This document shows, in pieces, positions 28,034 to 36,784 of a DNA stretch of 64,000 nucleotides. The stretch spans positions 4,358-68,357 of the forward strand of contig CAVPZQ010000010.1 in the NCBI GenBank assembly GCA_963710155.1, given 5' to 3'. The notes beneath the pieces are model-generated. The model saw nothing but the letters and a program-made list of their open reading frames with translations. It was not told the DNA's origin and made no database searches. Every line of letters starts with the position of its first letter. Positions within the stretch are counted from its first letter, which is position 1. Made by a program: the position numbers and the translations under genes. The DNA is from Bryobacterales bacterium (GTDB lineage: Bacteria > Acidobacteriota > Terriglobia > Bryobacterales > Bryobacteraceae).

Positions 28034-28719
28034 CGGTTGGCGGGCACCCGGCGCAGGCGGTCCGCGAAGCCGCGTTCAATTTCGCGAAGCTGCGATTCTA
28101 TCGACGCATCCAAATTGCCGTGCGCGGTTTCGAAGATTACGTCGCCGCATTGCATGGAAGAATCCGCCACCAGCTCGACTTTCTGTGAATTTGAGAAGCG
28201 CTCCAGGGCGTTGCGGATGGCGTTTTCCTGGTCCGGGTGCACGCGGATGCGGCAGAGATCCCGGGATTGAAGTTTTTCGAGAGCCACGCGAATCACGCCT
28301 TCAATGGACTCTGGCTCAAGTGTCAATTCGCGATGCAGCACGCGCCGCGCGATGGAAATGGCAAGTTTGAGAAGATCGCCTTCCGCTTCCGACCGAATGC
28401 GCGAACGCAGCGAAGAAAGCGTGGCCAAGCTCTTGCCAAGTTGTTCAAGCACCGGCTGCAGCTCAGCTTTAGCCTGTTGCAGCCCTACGTTTTTTCCTTC
28501 GGCGAAGCCGCGCTGATAGGCTTCTTGCTCGATACGCTCGCGATCCTGCTGGAGCAGGTGATTCTCTTGGGGCGAGGGTTCCGAAAGAACCTCCTTCGCA
28601 GCGATCGGATTAGGTTTGGTTCTCGGAGGGAGCGCGGTTGTACTGGTGCGCCACGCAATCGGCGTGACCACCGCTTGTTCGGCGTCGCGCAGAATTCTAG
28701 ACGACGTATTGGTCATCAC
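28030..28719 (-). CDS. fliH: flagellar assembly protein FliH
   Basis: 229 aa between fliG and fliI. FliH-like central region (EAYQRGFAEGKNVGLQQAKAEL). Confidence 0.8.
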   Translation of the reverse strand: MMTNTSSRILRDAEQAVVTPIAWRTSTTALPPRTKPNPIAAKEVLSEPSPQENHLLQQDRERIEQEAYQRGFAEGKNVGLQQAKAELQPVLEQLGKSLATLSSLRSRIRSEAEGDLLKLAISIARRVLHRELTLEPESIEGVIRVALEKLQSRDLCRIRVHPDQENAIRNALERFSNSQKVELVADSSMQCGDVIFETAHGNLDASIESQLREIERGFADRLRRVPANR

Positions 28720-29722
28720 CGCCGCCTCCCTTCAAGCTCAGGACACCCTCGGTTTCGAGCTGCCGGAGGACCGCGATCATGGCCTGCTGTGCCGCTTCCA
28801 CCTCCCGAATTTTGATCGGCCCCAAGGCTTCCATGTCTTCAAGCAGCATGGCAGCGCCGCGTTGCGACATGCCTTTCAAGAGATGCTGCCGCAAATCCTC
28901 GTTGGTTCCCTTGAGCGCAGTGGTGAGCTGACGCCGGTCGGCGCGCGCCAGCAGTTCTTTGACGCCGTTGGCGTCGAGCGCCATCAGATCGTCGAACACG
29001 AACATCTTCTGACGGATGGAATCCATTAGCTCCGCATTCTGTTCGCCGATTTGAGTGAGGATTTCGCTGCTCAATTCGGTATCGAGTTGATTGAAGATTT
29101 CCGCGACAGCACGGGGGCCGCCGGAGGGCTGGCGTTTCATCTCGCCCAGCGACTTAAGTTTCTGCCCGATGACCGCGGAGATTTTGCCCACGACGATGGG
29201 TGAAATTTTGTCGAGTTTGGCGATGCGTAGAGCGATGTCCGGCCGCGCCGACGGATCCATCGAAGCCAGAACGCCGGCTGATTGCGAAGGATCGAGCTGC
29301 GACAGCACAATCGCCACAGTCTGCGGGTGTTCGCTTTTTACGAAGCGGGCTAAAAGTTGTGGGTCGACGTTTTGCAATTGCCGGGTGCTGCCCATCTCTC
29401 CGTGCGGCCCAGGCAACTGGTCCAGATGTTTTTTGCTTCCTTCAGGACCAAAGGCGCTGGTGAGAATCCGCTTGACGTAGGCCACGCCTCCGGGGCCAAC
29501 GCGGGCCAAGTCGGAAGTTGCATCGCGAAATTCTTCCAATACCGATTCCGCTTGAGCCGCGGTGACCGAGGAAAGATCGGCAATGGCTCCGCTGACGGTC
29601 TGCACTTGATCTTCGTTCAACTGCTTCAGTAATCCGGCGGAAGCCTGATCGCCCAAGGCGATCAACAGTACGGCCGCCTTTTGTGCCCCGGTGAGGGTCC
29701 CGGAGCCACTAGGAGTCGTCAT
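28697..29722 (-). CDS. fliG: flagellar motor switch protein FliG
   Basis: 341 aa. LTGAQKAAVLLIALG N-terminus, MFVFDDL motif, C-terminal torque helix region. Confidence 0.95.
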   Translation of the reverse strand: MTTPSGSGTLTGAQKAAVLLIALGDQASAGLLKQLNEDQVQTVSGAIADLSSVTAAQAESVLEEFRDATSDLARVGPGGVAYVKRILTSAFGPEGSKKHLDQLPGPHGEMGSTRQLQNVDPQLLARFVKSEHPQTVAIVLSQLDPSQSAGVLASMDPSARPDIALRIAKLDKISPIVVGKISAVIGQKLKSLGEMKRQPSGGPRAVAEIFNQLDTELSSEILTQIGEQNAELMDSIRQKMFVFDDLMALDANGVKELLARADRRQLTTALKGTNEDLRQHLLKGMSQRGAAMLLEDMEALGPIKIREVEAAQQAMIAVLRQLETEGVLSLKGGGGDDQYVV

Positions 29723-29728
29723 TACGAA

Positions 29729-31399
29729 CTAGACCTGCCCTTCTTTAAGCCAGCCGCGGAGCACTCCGGCGCAGATCTCCGCGTCTTTTTGAGCGGTCTC
29801 GCGGAGTTGCGTGGTGAGAGTCTCCAGGCGCGCCGGGGCGAGCGTGTGCAGGTTTGCCGATGCGGGAGTGGAGGGCGCCCACGTATCTTGCGCGGCCGCG
29901 GCGGAGCGCGATAATTCCTGGCCATGGCCGGCAGCAGACGCTTCCGGCAGAGCTTGCGTCATTTGAACCTTGGCGGCGGCAGCCGAACTTTTCCTCATTC
30001 GCGTGACCAGGAAACCGCATCCGGCCAGCAGCACGACCACGACGGCCCCTAAAATCGCCAGAAGTTTTGGGTTGGCTTTGAGCTCCTCGATAGGAGATTT
30101 TTGTTTGGGAGCCGCGCCCCCCGGCGGTAGCGCCGTCAGCGGAGGATCCAGATTTAGAGTCGATTCAAAAGGCAGCGCCTCGACGAACAAAATGTCGCCA
30201 CGATCCATATTGAATCCGGCCGTGGCCGCCACCAGGTCGTGAATCACCTTCATGCGCTCGGGAGACGGCGGAACCAGAACGCGCTTCGCGTTGGCGCCGG
30301 TGCCTTCCCAGTGGGCTTCGTGATCGATCAGCACCGATACCGACAGCCGTTTGATCGAGCCCTGCGGGAGAACCGTCCGCTTAACGGTGCGGCTGGTTTG
30401 ATAGTTGACGTTTTCCGTTTTGCGAGAAGTTCCGCCTCCGGTGACGGCAGGTTTCGGTGCCGCGTCCGGAAGATTCGAGGCGGTTCCCGGGATGCCCGCG
30501 ATGGCGCGAGTGGGAGTGGAAGTGTCTTCGGTGGTCTGCGAACTCACCATGGCGGATTTGGTGGGATCGAAACTTTCCTCGCTCTGCTCGCCGCTGGTTA
30601 AATCGGTGTCCGCGGAGACGGACGCGCGGAAGCGGCCGGCGCCGACTAGCGGCTCGAGCGTCGCTTCCAATTTAGATGTGAGATCCTGCTCTACTTTGTG
30701 GCGGTATTCGAGTGCCGCTTCCGATGAATCGCCGCCCCCGGAGCTGTCGACGCGCTTGGCGCGATTCAGTAAATTGCCGCGCATGTCCAACACCGATACC
30801 GATTCCGGGGCCAGGCCCTCGACCGCGCTCGAGATCAAATGCGTGATGGCGGGAATGGCGGTTTCGGGTAACGACGCGCCGGCGCGGATTTTGATCAGCA
30901 CGCTAGCTTTCGCCGGCTGCTGCGCTTCGCTGAAGACCGATTCTTTCGGAAAAGTGATGTGAACGCGCGCTTGCTCCACCTCGGAAATCGCCATGACGGA
31001 ACGCTCGAGTTCACCCTCCACCGCTCGGCGGTAGTTGATGTGCTCGGCGAAGTCGGTCATACCGAAATTTGTTTTGTCGAAAATCTCGAAGCCGATTCTT
31101 CCGCTCTTGGGCACACCGGCGGCGGCCAGTTCCAGGCGCAGCTCAGCCACTTTTTCTTCGGGCACCGAAACCGTGGTGCCGTTGTTGGACAAACGGTATT
31201 CCGTGCTCCCCTCTTTCAGTTTTTGAATGACCACAGCGGCGTCTTCCGGCGCCAGCGTGGTGTACAGCGGGCGGAATGCGCTTTCCTTTTCCCAGTGCAC
31301 CAGGCTGTAGAGGCCAGCCGAAATCAGGACGGTCGCAACCAGGATGGTCCAGCGTTGCGAGGTCGACAACATTGCTAACAGTCGTTTGAGTTGTTCCAT
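29729..31399 (-). CDS. fliF: flagellar MS-ring protein FliF
   Basis: 556 aa. N-terminal TM, YscJ/FliF ring-building motifs (PLYTTLAPEDAAVVIQKL), second TM near the C-terminus. Confidence 0.95.
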   Translation of the reverse strand: MEQLKRLLAMLSTSQRWTILVATVLISAGLYSLVHWEKESAFRPLYTTLAPEDAAVVIQKLKEGSTEYRLSNNGTTVSVPEEKVAELRLELAAAGVPKSGRIGFEIFDKTNFGMTDFAEHINYRRAVEGELERSVMAISEVEQARVHITFPKESVFSEAQQPAKASVLIKIRAGASLPETAIPAITHLISSAVEGLAPESVSVLDMRGNLLNRAKRVDSSGGGDSSEAALEYRHKVEQDLTSKLEATLEPLVGAGRFRASVSADTDLTSGEQSEESFDPTKSAMVSSQTTEDTSTPTRAIAGIPGTASNLPDAAPKPAVTGGGTSRKTENVNYQTSRTVKRTVLPQGSIKRLSVSVLIDHEAHWEGTGANAKRVLVPPSPERMKVIHDLVAATAGFNMDRGDILFVEALPFESTLNLDPPLTALPPGGAAPKQKSPIEELKANPKLLAILGAVVVVLLAGCGFLVTRMRKSSAAAAKVQMTQALPEASAAGHGQELSRSAAAAQDTWAPSTPASANLHTLAPARLETLTTQLRETAQKDAEICAGVLRGWLKEGQV

Positions 31400-31420
31400 G
31401 AACGGATTCGATCAGGTGAC

Positions 31421-31723
31421 TTACATCGGCATTTTCATGATTTCCTGATACGCGGAAACCACTTTGTTGCGAACTTGCATGAACATTTGAAACTCGAGAT
31501 CGGCTCGCTGCGTGGCGAGAATCGTGGAATGCAGGTCGCCGCCGTCTCCGGAAAGAAACTGCTCCACGCTCTTCGAAGCGCTGCTGCGCGAATTTTCTAC
31601 TTCACCGATGGCGCTGCTGAAAATATCCTTGAAGGAAGAAGTTCCACCGTCGCCAGCCGCGGGGGCGGCCACATCGGGCTGTATTTGGCTAAGAGACGAA
31701 ATTCCAGAAATATTCAGGGACAT
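31421..31723 (-). CDS. fliE: flagellar hook-basal body complex protein FliE
   Basis: 100 aa. Conserved C-terminal block LHSTILATQRADLEFQMFMQVRNKVVSAYQEIMKMPM. Confidence 0.9.
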   Translation of the reverse strand: MSLNISGISSLSQIQPDVAAPAAGDGGTSSFKDIFSSAIGEVENSRSSASKSVEQFLSGDGGDLHSTILATQRADLEFQMFMQVRNKVVSAYQEIMKMPM

Positions 31724-31732
31724 AGCGGGACT

Positions 31733-32167
31733 CTATTTGAACAGATCCAGAGAGCGTTGAATCATATCTTTTACCGCGGACACAGCCGAGACGTTGGCCT
31801 GATAGCCGCGCGACGCGCCCAGCAGGTCGACCATATCTTCGGCGGGATTCATGCGCGGGTAGGCCACGTAGCCGTCTTTGTCGGCGTCGGGATGCCCCGG
31901 CAGATAGCGCTTTTCAGGATCGCGTTGATCGGTGATCACTTGAGAAACGCGCACTCCCGTGCCCGAGCCCACTTCGGATTCGAACATCGACGAGAAATCC
32001 GCCGCCGAAGGATCTGAGGTGAACACCGCGTCTTTGCGCCGGTAGGGACCGCCTTCCGGAGTCCGCGTGGTATCGGAGTTGGCCAGATTTTCCACCAGTA
32101 GCTCCGTGCGCTGGCGCTGCGCCGACATCCCCGAGGCGCTGATCGATAATGCGGATAACAGGCTCAT
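31733..32167 (-). CDS. flgC: flagellar basal-body rod protein FlgC
   Basis: 144 aa. ISASGMSAQRQRTELLVENLANSDTTRT N-terminus and SRGYQANV C-terminus. Confidence 0.95.
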   Translation of the reverse strand: MSLLSALSISASGMSAQRQRTELLVENLANSDTTRTPEGGPYRRKDAVFTSDPSAADFSSMFESEVGSGTGVRVSQVITDQRDPEKRYLPGHPDADKDGYVAYPRMNPAEDMVDLLGASRGYQANVSAVSAVKDMIQRSLDLFK

Positions 32168-32170
32168 ACG

Positions 32171-32512
32171 CTACTTGCTTTCCTGAATCGCCGTTTTCGC
32201 CGCATTCAGCTCGGCGCGCGCAAAATTAGAGGCGATCGAGAAGCGCATGGCATTTTCCGCCAGCAAGCGGGCTTCGCGATCGATATTGACATTGTTGCCG
32301 TCGGGCTTACTGGCCAAACCCTCCGGTTCGACAACCGCGGGTTGAGTGGAATCTTCGCCGTCGAGCGCGTGTTGAAACTCCGCGCGGAAATTAATGTCCT
32401 GGGTGTGATAGCCGGGCGTGTCGGCGTTGGCGATATTGGAAGCGACCAGTTTCTGACGGGCGCTCAACAAACTCATGTAGTGTTCGGAGTTCAGAGCCAG
32501 ACCTTGGAACAT
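32171..32512 (-). CDS. flgB: flagellar basal-body rod protein FlgB
   Basis: 113 aa. SNIANADTPGYH motif. Confidence 0.9.
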   Translation of the reverse strand: MFQGLALNSEHYMSLLSARQKLVASNIANADTPGYHTQDINFRAEFQHALDGEDSTQPAVVEPEGLASKPDGNNVNIDREARLLAENAMRFSIASNFARAELNAAKTAIQESK

Positions 32513-32526
32513 GGTGCACTCTGAAT

Positions 32527-32542
32527 TGCACGCCGTGTGCCA
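32527..32542 (-). promoter_or_regulatory. sigma-54-type promoter of the flgB operon
   Basis: The minus strand reads TGGCAC-ACGGC-GTGCA, a near-consensus. The GC lies 15 nt upstream of the flgB ATG. Confidence 0.7.
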
Positions 32543-32625
32543 ATGCTTAACTGATTGATTTCGCTATCGCCGTACTGGCTGGGATAGGAGAGAATTCGAC
32601 GCTTTCGTCGGATCTCTGACGCTGC

Positions 32626-32925
32626 TTACGCGTCCAGATGGAGCACTTCGGTGTTGCCGCGGCTGGGCGTGTAAGCACTTTCGCGGCTGAGCAGAATCAG
32701 CTTGCGCTGCGTGTGTGAGCGTGCCACCAGTGTGGCCGTGCGCGCCCACTCAAAAACTTCGCTCACTTCCGTGGCGATCGCGAGCCGGGCATCGTCGGAG
32801 GTGGCCGCGTTCCAACAAGCTTCGACGTCGCAGCGGTACGCTTCGAGAAGCCGTTCGGCTTCCGCAAACGCCTCCGCCGAGACAGCCTTGCGAAACAGAT
32901 CAACTGCCGTTCTGGGCGATTGCAT
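32626..32925 (-). CDS. hypothetical helical protein downstream of fliD (FliT-like by position only)
   Basis: 99-aa ORF on the same strand, overlapping the fliD end by 26 nt. I recognise no motif; placement is analogous to fliT. Confidence 0.45.
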   Translation of the reverse strand: MQSPRTAVDLFRKAVSAEAFAEAERLLEAYRCDVEACWNAATSDDARLAIATEVSEVFEWARTATLVARSHTQRKLILLSRESAYTPSRGNTEVLHLDA

Positions 32926-34255
32926 TCTGGGCCTGGAAGAGTTGCGTCATGAAGGTGTTCTGCGATTGCAGGGTCGAAAGCAACGCGTCGGCCGCCGACA
33001 TCTGGGCCGTGAGTTGATTTTGCATGGTGGTGATGCGGGCTTGCGTGTCCGAGATCTCCTGATTGTCCGCTAGAATTCGATTCTCAATGGTGGCCTGCTG
33101 CCCTACAAAAAGACCGCTGGTCGGATCGTTGAGTCCACTGAGAGTGTTGGCAGCGGAAGCCAGGAAACCGCTTCCCGTGCCGGTGCCCATAAAGGCCGCC
33201 AAGTCGCCGGGATCGGCCGCCGCGACGCTGTCAAACTGAGATTGATTGAAAACCAGATGACCCGTCCCGTCAAAGGTGAGCCCTAGGTCGGCGATGCTGG
33301 CGACCGAACCACTGCCGCCCGTAAAATTCGTCATATCGCGAAGAGCCTGCTGCAAGGAAAAGACAACGCTTTGTCCCGTAAGCGTCCCGCCGGCGCTCCC
33401 GTGATTGGTGGCCAGTTCGTCCACCGTCTGGTTGTAGGCCGATACAAAAGAGGAAATGGAACTGGCGGAGGCAGTTGGATCGTCCGCTACAGTAACAGTG
33501 GTTTGGCCAGTCCCCAGGAGATTGACGGTCAGGCCGGGCGCGAGCGTAACGGAACTGCTGTCCGACGAAATTGGTGTGGACGGCTGTCCATTGATCTGAT
33601 ATTGCGCCGGTGCCCCGGTGGAAAGAGTGCTGAGCAGATTCTGGCTGCCGTCATTGAGCTGAATCGGGATATTTCCGAGTGCCGTACTCTGCAAAGACAG
33701 ATGGTAGTCCGGGGCAGAAGGAGAACCGAGATTCAGAACGGTCGCGCTGACGCCCGCGCCCGACGAGTTAATCGCCTGCGCCAGGGCATTCAAAGAATTC
33801 GTAGTGGGAGTAACCGTGAAGTTGGAACCGTTGACCGAGAGCGTATAAGAGCCGGAGGTGCTGATGGAGGACGCAGAAGGATCGGAGACCGCCGGCAAGC
33901 TGGCATTGCTGACACTGGTAGTGGGCGACCCGGTGCTGATGACATTCAGCGTATAAGTGCCCGCCGCGACGGCCGCGCTGGTATTCAAATTCGCCGTAGC
34001 GATGGTGTTGTCGCCGACCGATGCCGAAAGACTGCCGCCCGTCGAAGCCGTGGTCAGCCCCTGGATGGCGGTTTGAATCAAGTTGAAGCCGTTTTGCAGA
34101 TAGCCCAGTTCGGTCGACTGGCCCTGCAGCGTAGTGACGTTGGAGTTCAGCTGATTCAGCGGTATGGAGGCGACCGTCACCGCCTGGGTGATGACCTGTT
34201 GCAGATCGGCAGCGTAGGTACTCGATCCATTGAATGTGGCGGCGGTGGTGCCCAT
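32900..34255 (-). CDS. fliD: flagellar filament cap protein FliD
   Basis: 451 aa. AAGGAGG lies 6 nt before the ATG. FliD N-terminal (ADLQQVITQAVTVASIPLNQL) and C-terminal (RITTMQNQLTAQMSAADALLSTLQSQ) coiled-coil blocks. Confidence 0.9.
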   Translation of the reverse strand: MGTTAATFNGSSTYAADLQQVITQAVTVASIPLNQLNSNVTTLQGQSTELGYLQNGFNLIQTAIQGLTTASTGGSLSASVGDNTIATANLNTSAAVAAGTYTLNVISTGSPTTSVSNASLPAVSDPSASSISTSGSYTLSVNGSNFTVTPTTNSLNALAQAINSSGAGVSATVLNLGSPSAPDYHLSLQSTALGNIPIQLNDGSQNLLSTLSTGAPAQYQINGQPSTPISSDSSSVTLAPGLTVNLLGTGQTTVTVADDPTASASSISSFVSAYNQTVDELATNHGSAGGTLTGQSVVFSLQQALRDMTNFTGGSGSVASIADLGLTFDGTGHLVFNQSQFDSVAAADPGDLAAFMGTGTGSGFLASAANTLSGLNDPTSGLFVGQQATIENRILADNQEISDTQARITTMQNQLTAQMSAADALLSTLQSQNTFMTQLFQAQNAIAQNGS

Positions 34256-34300
34256 GAAATCCTCCTTCGCTGAAACTAAACTGCCCGGCGCAATGCTGAC

Positions 34301-34342
34301 CTAAAAGGAAACTGGGCCGTTCTCGGTAAAGAATCGGCCCAG
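34301..34342 (-). terminator. Rho-independent terminator after fliC
   Basis: On the minus strand: CTGGGCCG, a 15-nt loop, CGGCCCAG (perfect 8-bp GC-rich stem, 34312-34342), followed by TTTCCTTTTAG. It lies 28 nt after the fliC stop. Confidence 0.7.
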
Positions 34343-34370
34343 CTCGAATTAAACATTAGCCCCGCTGCGA

Positions 34371-35210
34371 TTATTGGAGCAGTTTCAGGAGAGCTTGCGG
34401 AGCTGCATTGGCCTGCGCCAGGGCAGCCACTGAGGACTGTTCCAGCACTTGCGACTTGGTCAGGTTCGCCGCTTCCACGGCGATGTTCGCGTCGCGAATG
34501 CTCGACTCGGAGGCCGAATCGTTGGTGATCTGCGACTGCGCCAGGCTGATGGAATAGTTCAGAGCGTTCTCACCAGTACCCACTGCGCCCTGCGTAAGGC
34601 CAAGGCTCTGTACCGCGGCCGTGATGTCCGTAATGGCCTTTAGCGCGTGGGCCTGCGTGTCGACAGTGTCGAGGCCGATTCCCAGGCCGCCGGAGTTGAC
34701 AACGTTGGCGCTACCGCTCAGATCGATAGTGACCTGGGCATTCGCCTGCGTGCTGCCGCCGCCGATATAGACCGAAATGCTGGCGTTGTACTGGGCGCTG
34801 GTGCCGGTACCGCTGCCCAAGCCGATGTTGGCCGCCTGGCGGTCAATTTCGGTCAGTAGCGTGGTGAATTCCTGGTTCAGGGTCCCGCGGTTGCCCGAGA
34901 AGGTGCCCGAAGCAGACTGGGTAGCCAGGCTCTTCAACTGATCCAAAATGTTCGAAATGTTGTTCAAGCCGCCGTCGATGGTCTGCAGGATGTTGGTGCC
35001 ATCGGTCGCGTTGCGCACACCCTGCGTCAGCTCGTTCACAGTGCTGCGCAAGCCGTTTGCGACGGCGAGGCCCGCGGCATCGTCGCCGGAAGAATTGATT
35101 CGGTAGCCGGAAGTCAACTGGTTGATGGTCTGCGACTGGAAGTTGCTGTTCACCTGAAGATTGTTTTCGGCCGTTAACGCGGTCACGTTAGTTTGAAATG
35201 AAAGTGACAT
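34371..35210 (-). CDS. fliC: flagellin
   Basis: 279 aa. N-terminal block LTSGYRINSSGDDAAGLAVANGL and C-terminal block IRDANIAVEAANLTKSQVLEQSSVAALAQANAAPQALLKLLQ. Confidence 0.95.
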   Translation of the reverse strand: MSLSFQTNVTALTAENNLQVNSNFQSQTINQLTSGYRINSSGDDAAGLAVANGLRSTVNELTQGVRNATDGTNILQTIDGGLNNISNILDQLKSLATQSASGTFSGNRGTLNQEFTTLLTEIDRQAANIGLGSGTGTSAQYNASISVYIGGGSTQANAQVTIDLSGSANVVNSGGLGIGLDTVDTQAHALKAITDITAAVQSLGLTQGAVGTGENALNYSISLAQSQITNDSASESSIRDANIAVEAANLTKSQVLEQSSVAALAQANAAPQALLKLLQ

Positions 35211-35278
35211 GTTTTTTCCTTTGCCTTAAAGTTTCCGGCGTCTCGCCGAACCCGACTGTTTTCTCAGCGGTGTTATTC

Positions 35279-35305
35279 ATGTCGCAGACACCCACTGAAA
35301 TTTTA
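35279..35305 (-). promoter_or_regulatory. sigma-28-type promoter of fliC
   Basis: The minus strand reads TAAA-N15-TGCGACAT, with an A/T-rich TAAAAC TAAAAC stretch just upstream. The leader is about 60 nt. Confidence 0.7.
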
Positions 35306-35370
35306 GTTTTAGTTCAATATTTTTTTAATAGTACGAAGAAGATGCGAGTCCCAACCGCTCGCAGTACCTG

Positions 35371-35420
35371 TCTTTTATTACCTGCATGTATCTTTTATTA
35401 CCCGCATGTATCTTTTATTA
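35371..35420. repeat. 2.5 tandem copies of a 20-bp unit TCTTTTATTACC[T/C]GCATGTA
   Basis: Read directly: tcttttatta cctgcatgta / tcttttatta cccgcatgta / tcttttatta. It lies between the divergent sigma-28-type promoters of fliC and ORF 35464. Confidence 0.9.
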
Positions 35421-35445
35421 GAAGATCCGTCCGCTTTTGCGATAT
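35419..35445 (+). promoter_or_regulatory. sigma-28-type promoter
   Basis: TAGA-N15-TGCGATAT, 18 nt before the ATG at 35464. Confidence 0.6.
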
Positions 35446-35463
35446 GCCTGGTGGGAACAACAA

Positions 35464-35742
35464 ATGACCTCCACCGCGCCCTTAACCGCCTCCGAACGCT
35501 ACGCCCGATCCATTCTTACTGCCTGGAATAAGCGTGCCATTAATGAGTTGCAATCCACCCTCCTGCAATCGTCCGCATTGGCTCCAGAAGCCTTGTGCGC
35601 CGAGGAGCGCGAACGGATGGACTTGATTCAGGGCCTGGGTCAAGACCTTCTTATATGGGACGCCGCCGGACGCGCGGAAAACGCTGCCAACCAAAGCGCG
35701 GCGCTGTCCTTGGTACGCCATCTCGCCCGCTGCGGCCGCTAG
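35464..35742 (+). CDS. hypothetical protein (predicted sigma-28 regulon)
   Basis: 92-aa ORF from the ATG at 35464 (the ORF-track start 35437 lies inside the promoter element). I recognise no motif. Its 3' end overlaps the fliM 3' end by 4 nt. Confidence 0.45.
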   Translation: MTSTAPLTASERYARSILTAWNKRAINELQSTLLQSSALAPEALCAEERERMDLIQGLGQDLLIWDAAGRAENAANQSAALSLVRHLARCGR

Positions 35743-36626
35743 GGCCTCTCTTCCACCTGAAACGCCCGCTTGTTACCCGCGCTCAGGACGTGTCCGAGCA
35801 GCGAAAGATCGCCATTCACTACGCCGCGTAGCGCCTGCTCTAGGCCATGGTCGAAGCGGACCACCTGGCCTTGCCGCAGCGCGCGCAAGTCTCCGAACGA
35901 TAGCTGGGTGCCCTCCAGAAGCACTTCGAGTTCGACTTCGGCGTCTTCGAGCAGGCGCGCATTGCGCTCCCTATCCAGTGGCGAGGGCGTCTCGCCCATC
36001 AGTTCCGGCGACTCGGCAGCCGGCGTCGCGGCCTCGAAAAAGGACCGCGGAACCGCCATTTCAAAGTGGCCGGATTGTTCGCCGAGCTGCAGGTCGAAAG
36101 CGATCCGCAACACCGAAAGTGCCGGCTCCGGGCACGGCGTCAACGAAGGATCGCTGTTGAGCGATTCGACCACAAACTCTACCGGTTTGATAACCTGCCA
36201 GCTTTCGCCCAGGCAGCGCATCATCACGCGGCTGACTTCCTCCAGCAGACTCCACTCGATTTCCGTCAGTTCACGGGGCGCGGGCGACGGCTGGCCGCTG
36301 CCTCCCAGAAAGATCTCCAGTAAAGAGAGTACAGTAGCGGAATCCAGATACAGGATCATGCGCTCCGCTTCCGGATGTAGCCGCAGCTTGATCAGACAGC
36401 TCGGATTCGCAAGATTCTTCTGGAACTCTCCGGCGGTAGTGACACTCATTCCCGCCAGACTCGCCTGGATTTCCGCCTCCAAAAACGTCGACAGCACGTT
36501 CGAGAGGGACTTCGCGAAGGTCTCGTGGACACTGCGCAGCTTGCGGAATTGGGGAGTGGAATCCTGCTGGCCCAGATCGAGTTTTTGACCCGCGCTTTTG
36601 CCGGTATCAGATTGCCGTAAGTTCAT
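35739..36626 (-). CDS. fliM: flagellar motor switch protein FliM
   Basis: 295 aa. FliM middle-domain blocks (LRSVHETFAKSLSNVLSTFL..., LDSATVLSLLEIFLGGSG) and a C-terminal SpoA-like part. Confidence 0.85.
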   Translation of the reverse strand: MNLRQSDTGKSAGQKLDLGQQDSTPQFRKLRSVHETFAKSLSNVLSTFLEAEIQASLAGMSVTTAGEFQKNLANPSCLIKLRLHPEAERMILYLDSATVLSLLEIFLGGSGQPSPAPRELTEIEWSLLEEVSRVMMRCLGESWQVIKPVEFVVESLNSDPSLTPCPEPALSVLRIAFDLQLGEQSGHFEMAVPRSFFEAATPAAESPELMGETPSPLDRERNARLLEDAEVELEVLLEGTQLSFGDLRALRQGQVVRFDHGLEQALRGVVNGDLSLLGHVLSAGNKRAFQVEERP

Positions 36627-36716
36627 AAGTGCACTTAGCGTTATGATCGTCCGCCTAAGAGGAATCCTTTAGGCTGCAGACGGCCCGCAGCGCGGTTTCT
36701 AAGTCTTTATTGCACA

Positions 36717-36743
36717 TAAACAATCCGGCTCTTTCTGCGATAT
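36717..36743 (+). promoter_or_regulatory. sigma-28-type promoter of flbD-motAB-2
   Basis: TAAA-N15-TGCGATAT, the best match to the classical TAAA-N15-GCCGATAA. It lies 41 nt before the flbD ATG. Confidence 0.75.
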
Positions 36744-36784
36744 GCAAATGTGCGGAATACGACCTCGGAAGGGTGGATAACTCC

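Noticed and set aside
32564-32571. GGCGATAG on the minus strand upstream of flgB, resembling the sigma-28 -10 element.
   Set aside because: There is no T-n-n-A tetramer at 14-16 nt upstream (CTCC/TCTC/TCCT instead). A strong sigma-54 promoter already lies between it and flgB.
34256-34311. Possible sigma-54 element AGGTCA-N5-GCGCC between the fliC terminator and fliD.
   Set aside because: Only the GG and GC dinucleotides match; the flanking consensus is absent. fliD may rely on read-through or on a promoter I cannot recognise.
35211-35278. Two GGA motifs in the fliC leader (gccGGAaac and aaaGGAaaa overlapping the SD), reminiscent of CsrA sites.
   Set aside because: GGA triplets are too common. 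No csrA/fliW genes are in the window and I saw no hairpin presentation of the motifs.
36654-36673. Imperfect palindrome CCTAAGAGGAATCCTTTAGG in the fliM/flbD intergenic region.
   Set aside because: Only the outer 5 bp pair perfectly. It resembles CCTTAGG-containing strings near the fleQ-like and HDOD promoters, but the similarity is too loose to call a motif.
36709-36728. Sigma-54-like element upstream of fliM (minus strand GCCGGATTGTTTATGTGCAAT, with the same GTGCAAT -12 as flgB and flgF).
   Set aside because: The GG-to-GC spacing is one nucleotide too long (12 instead of 11 between the second G and the G of GC). Sigma-54 promoters are strict about this spacing. No convincing fliM promoter was found.
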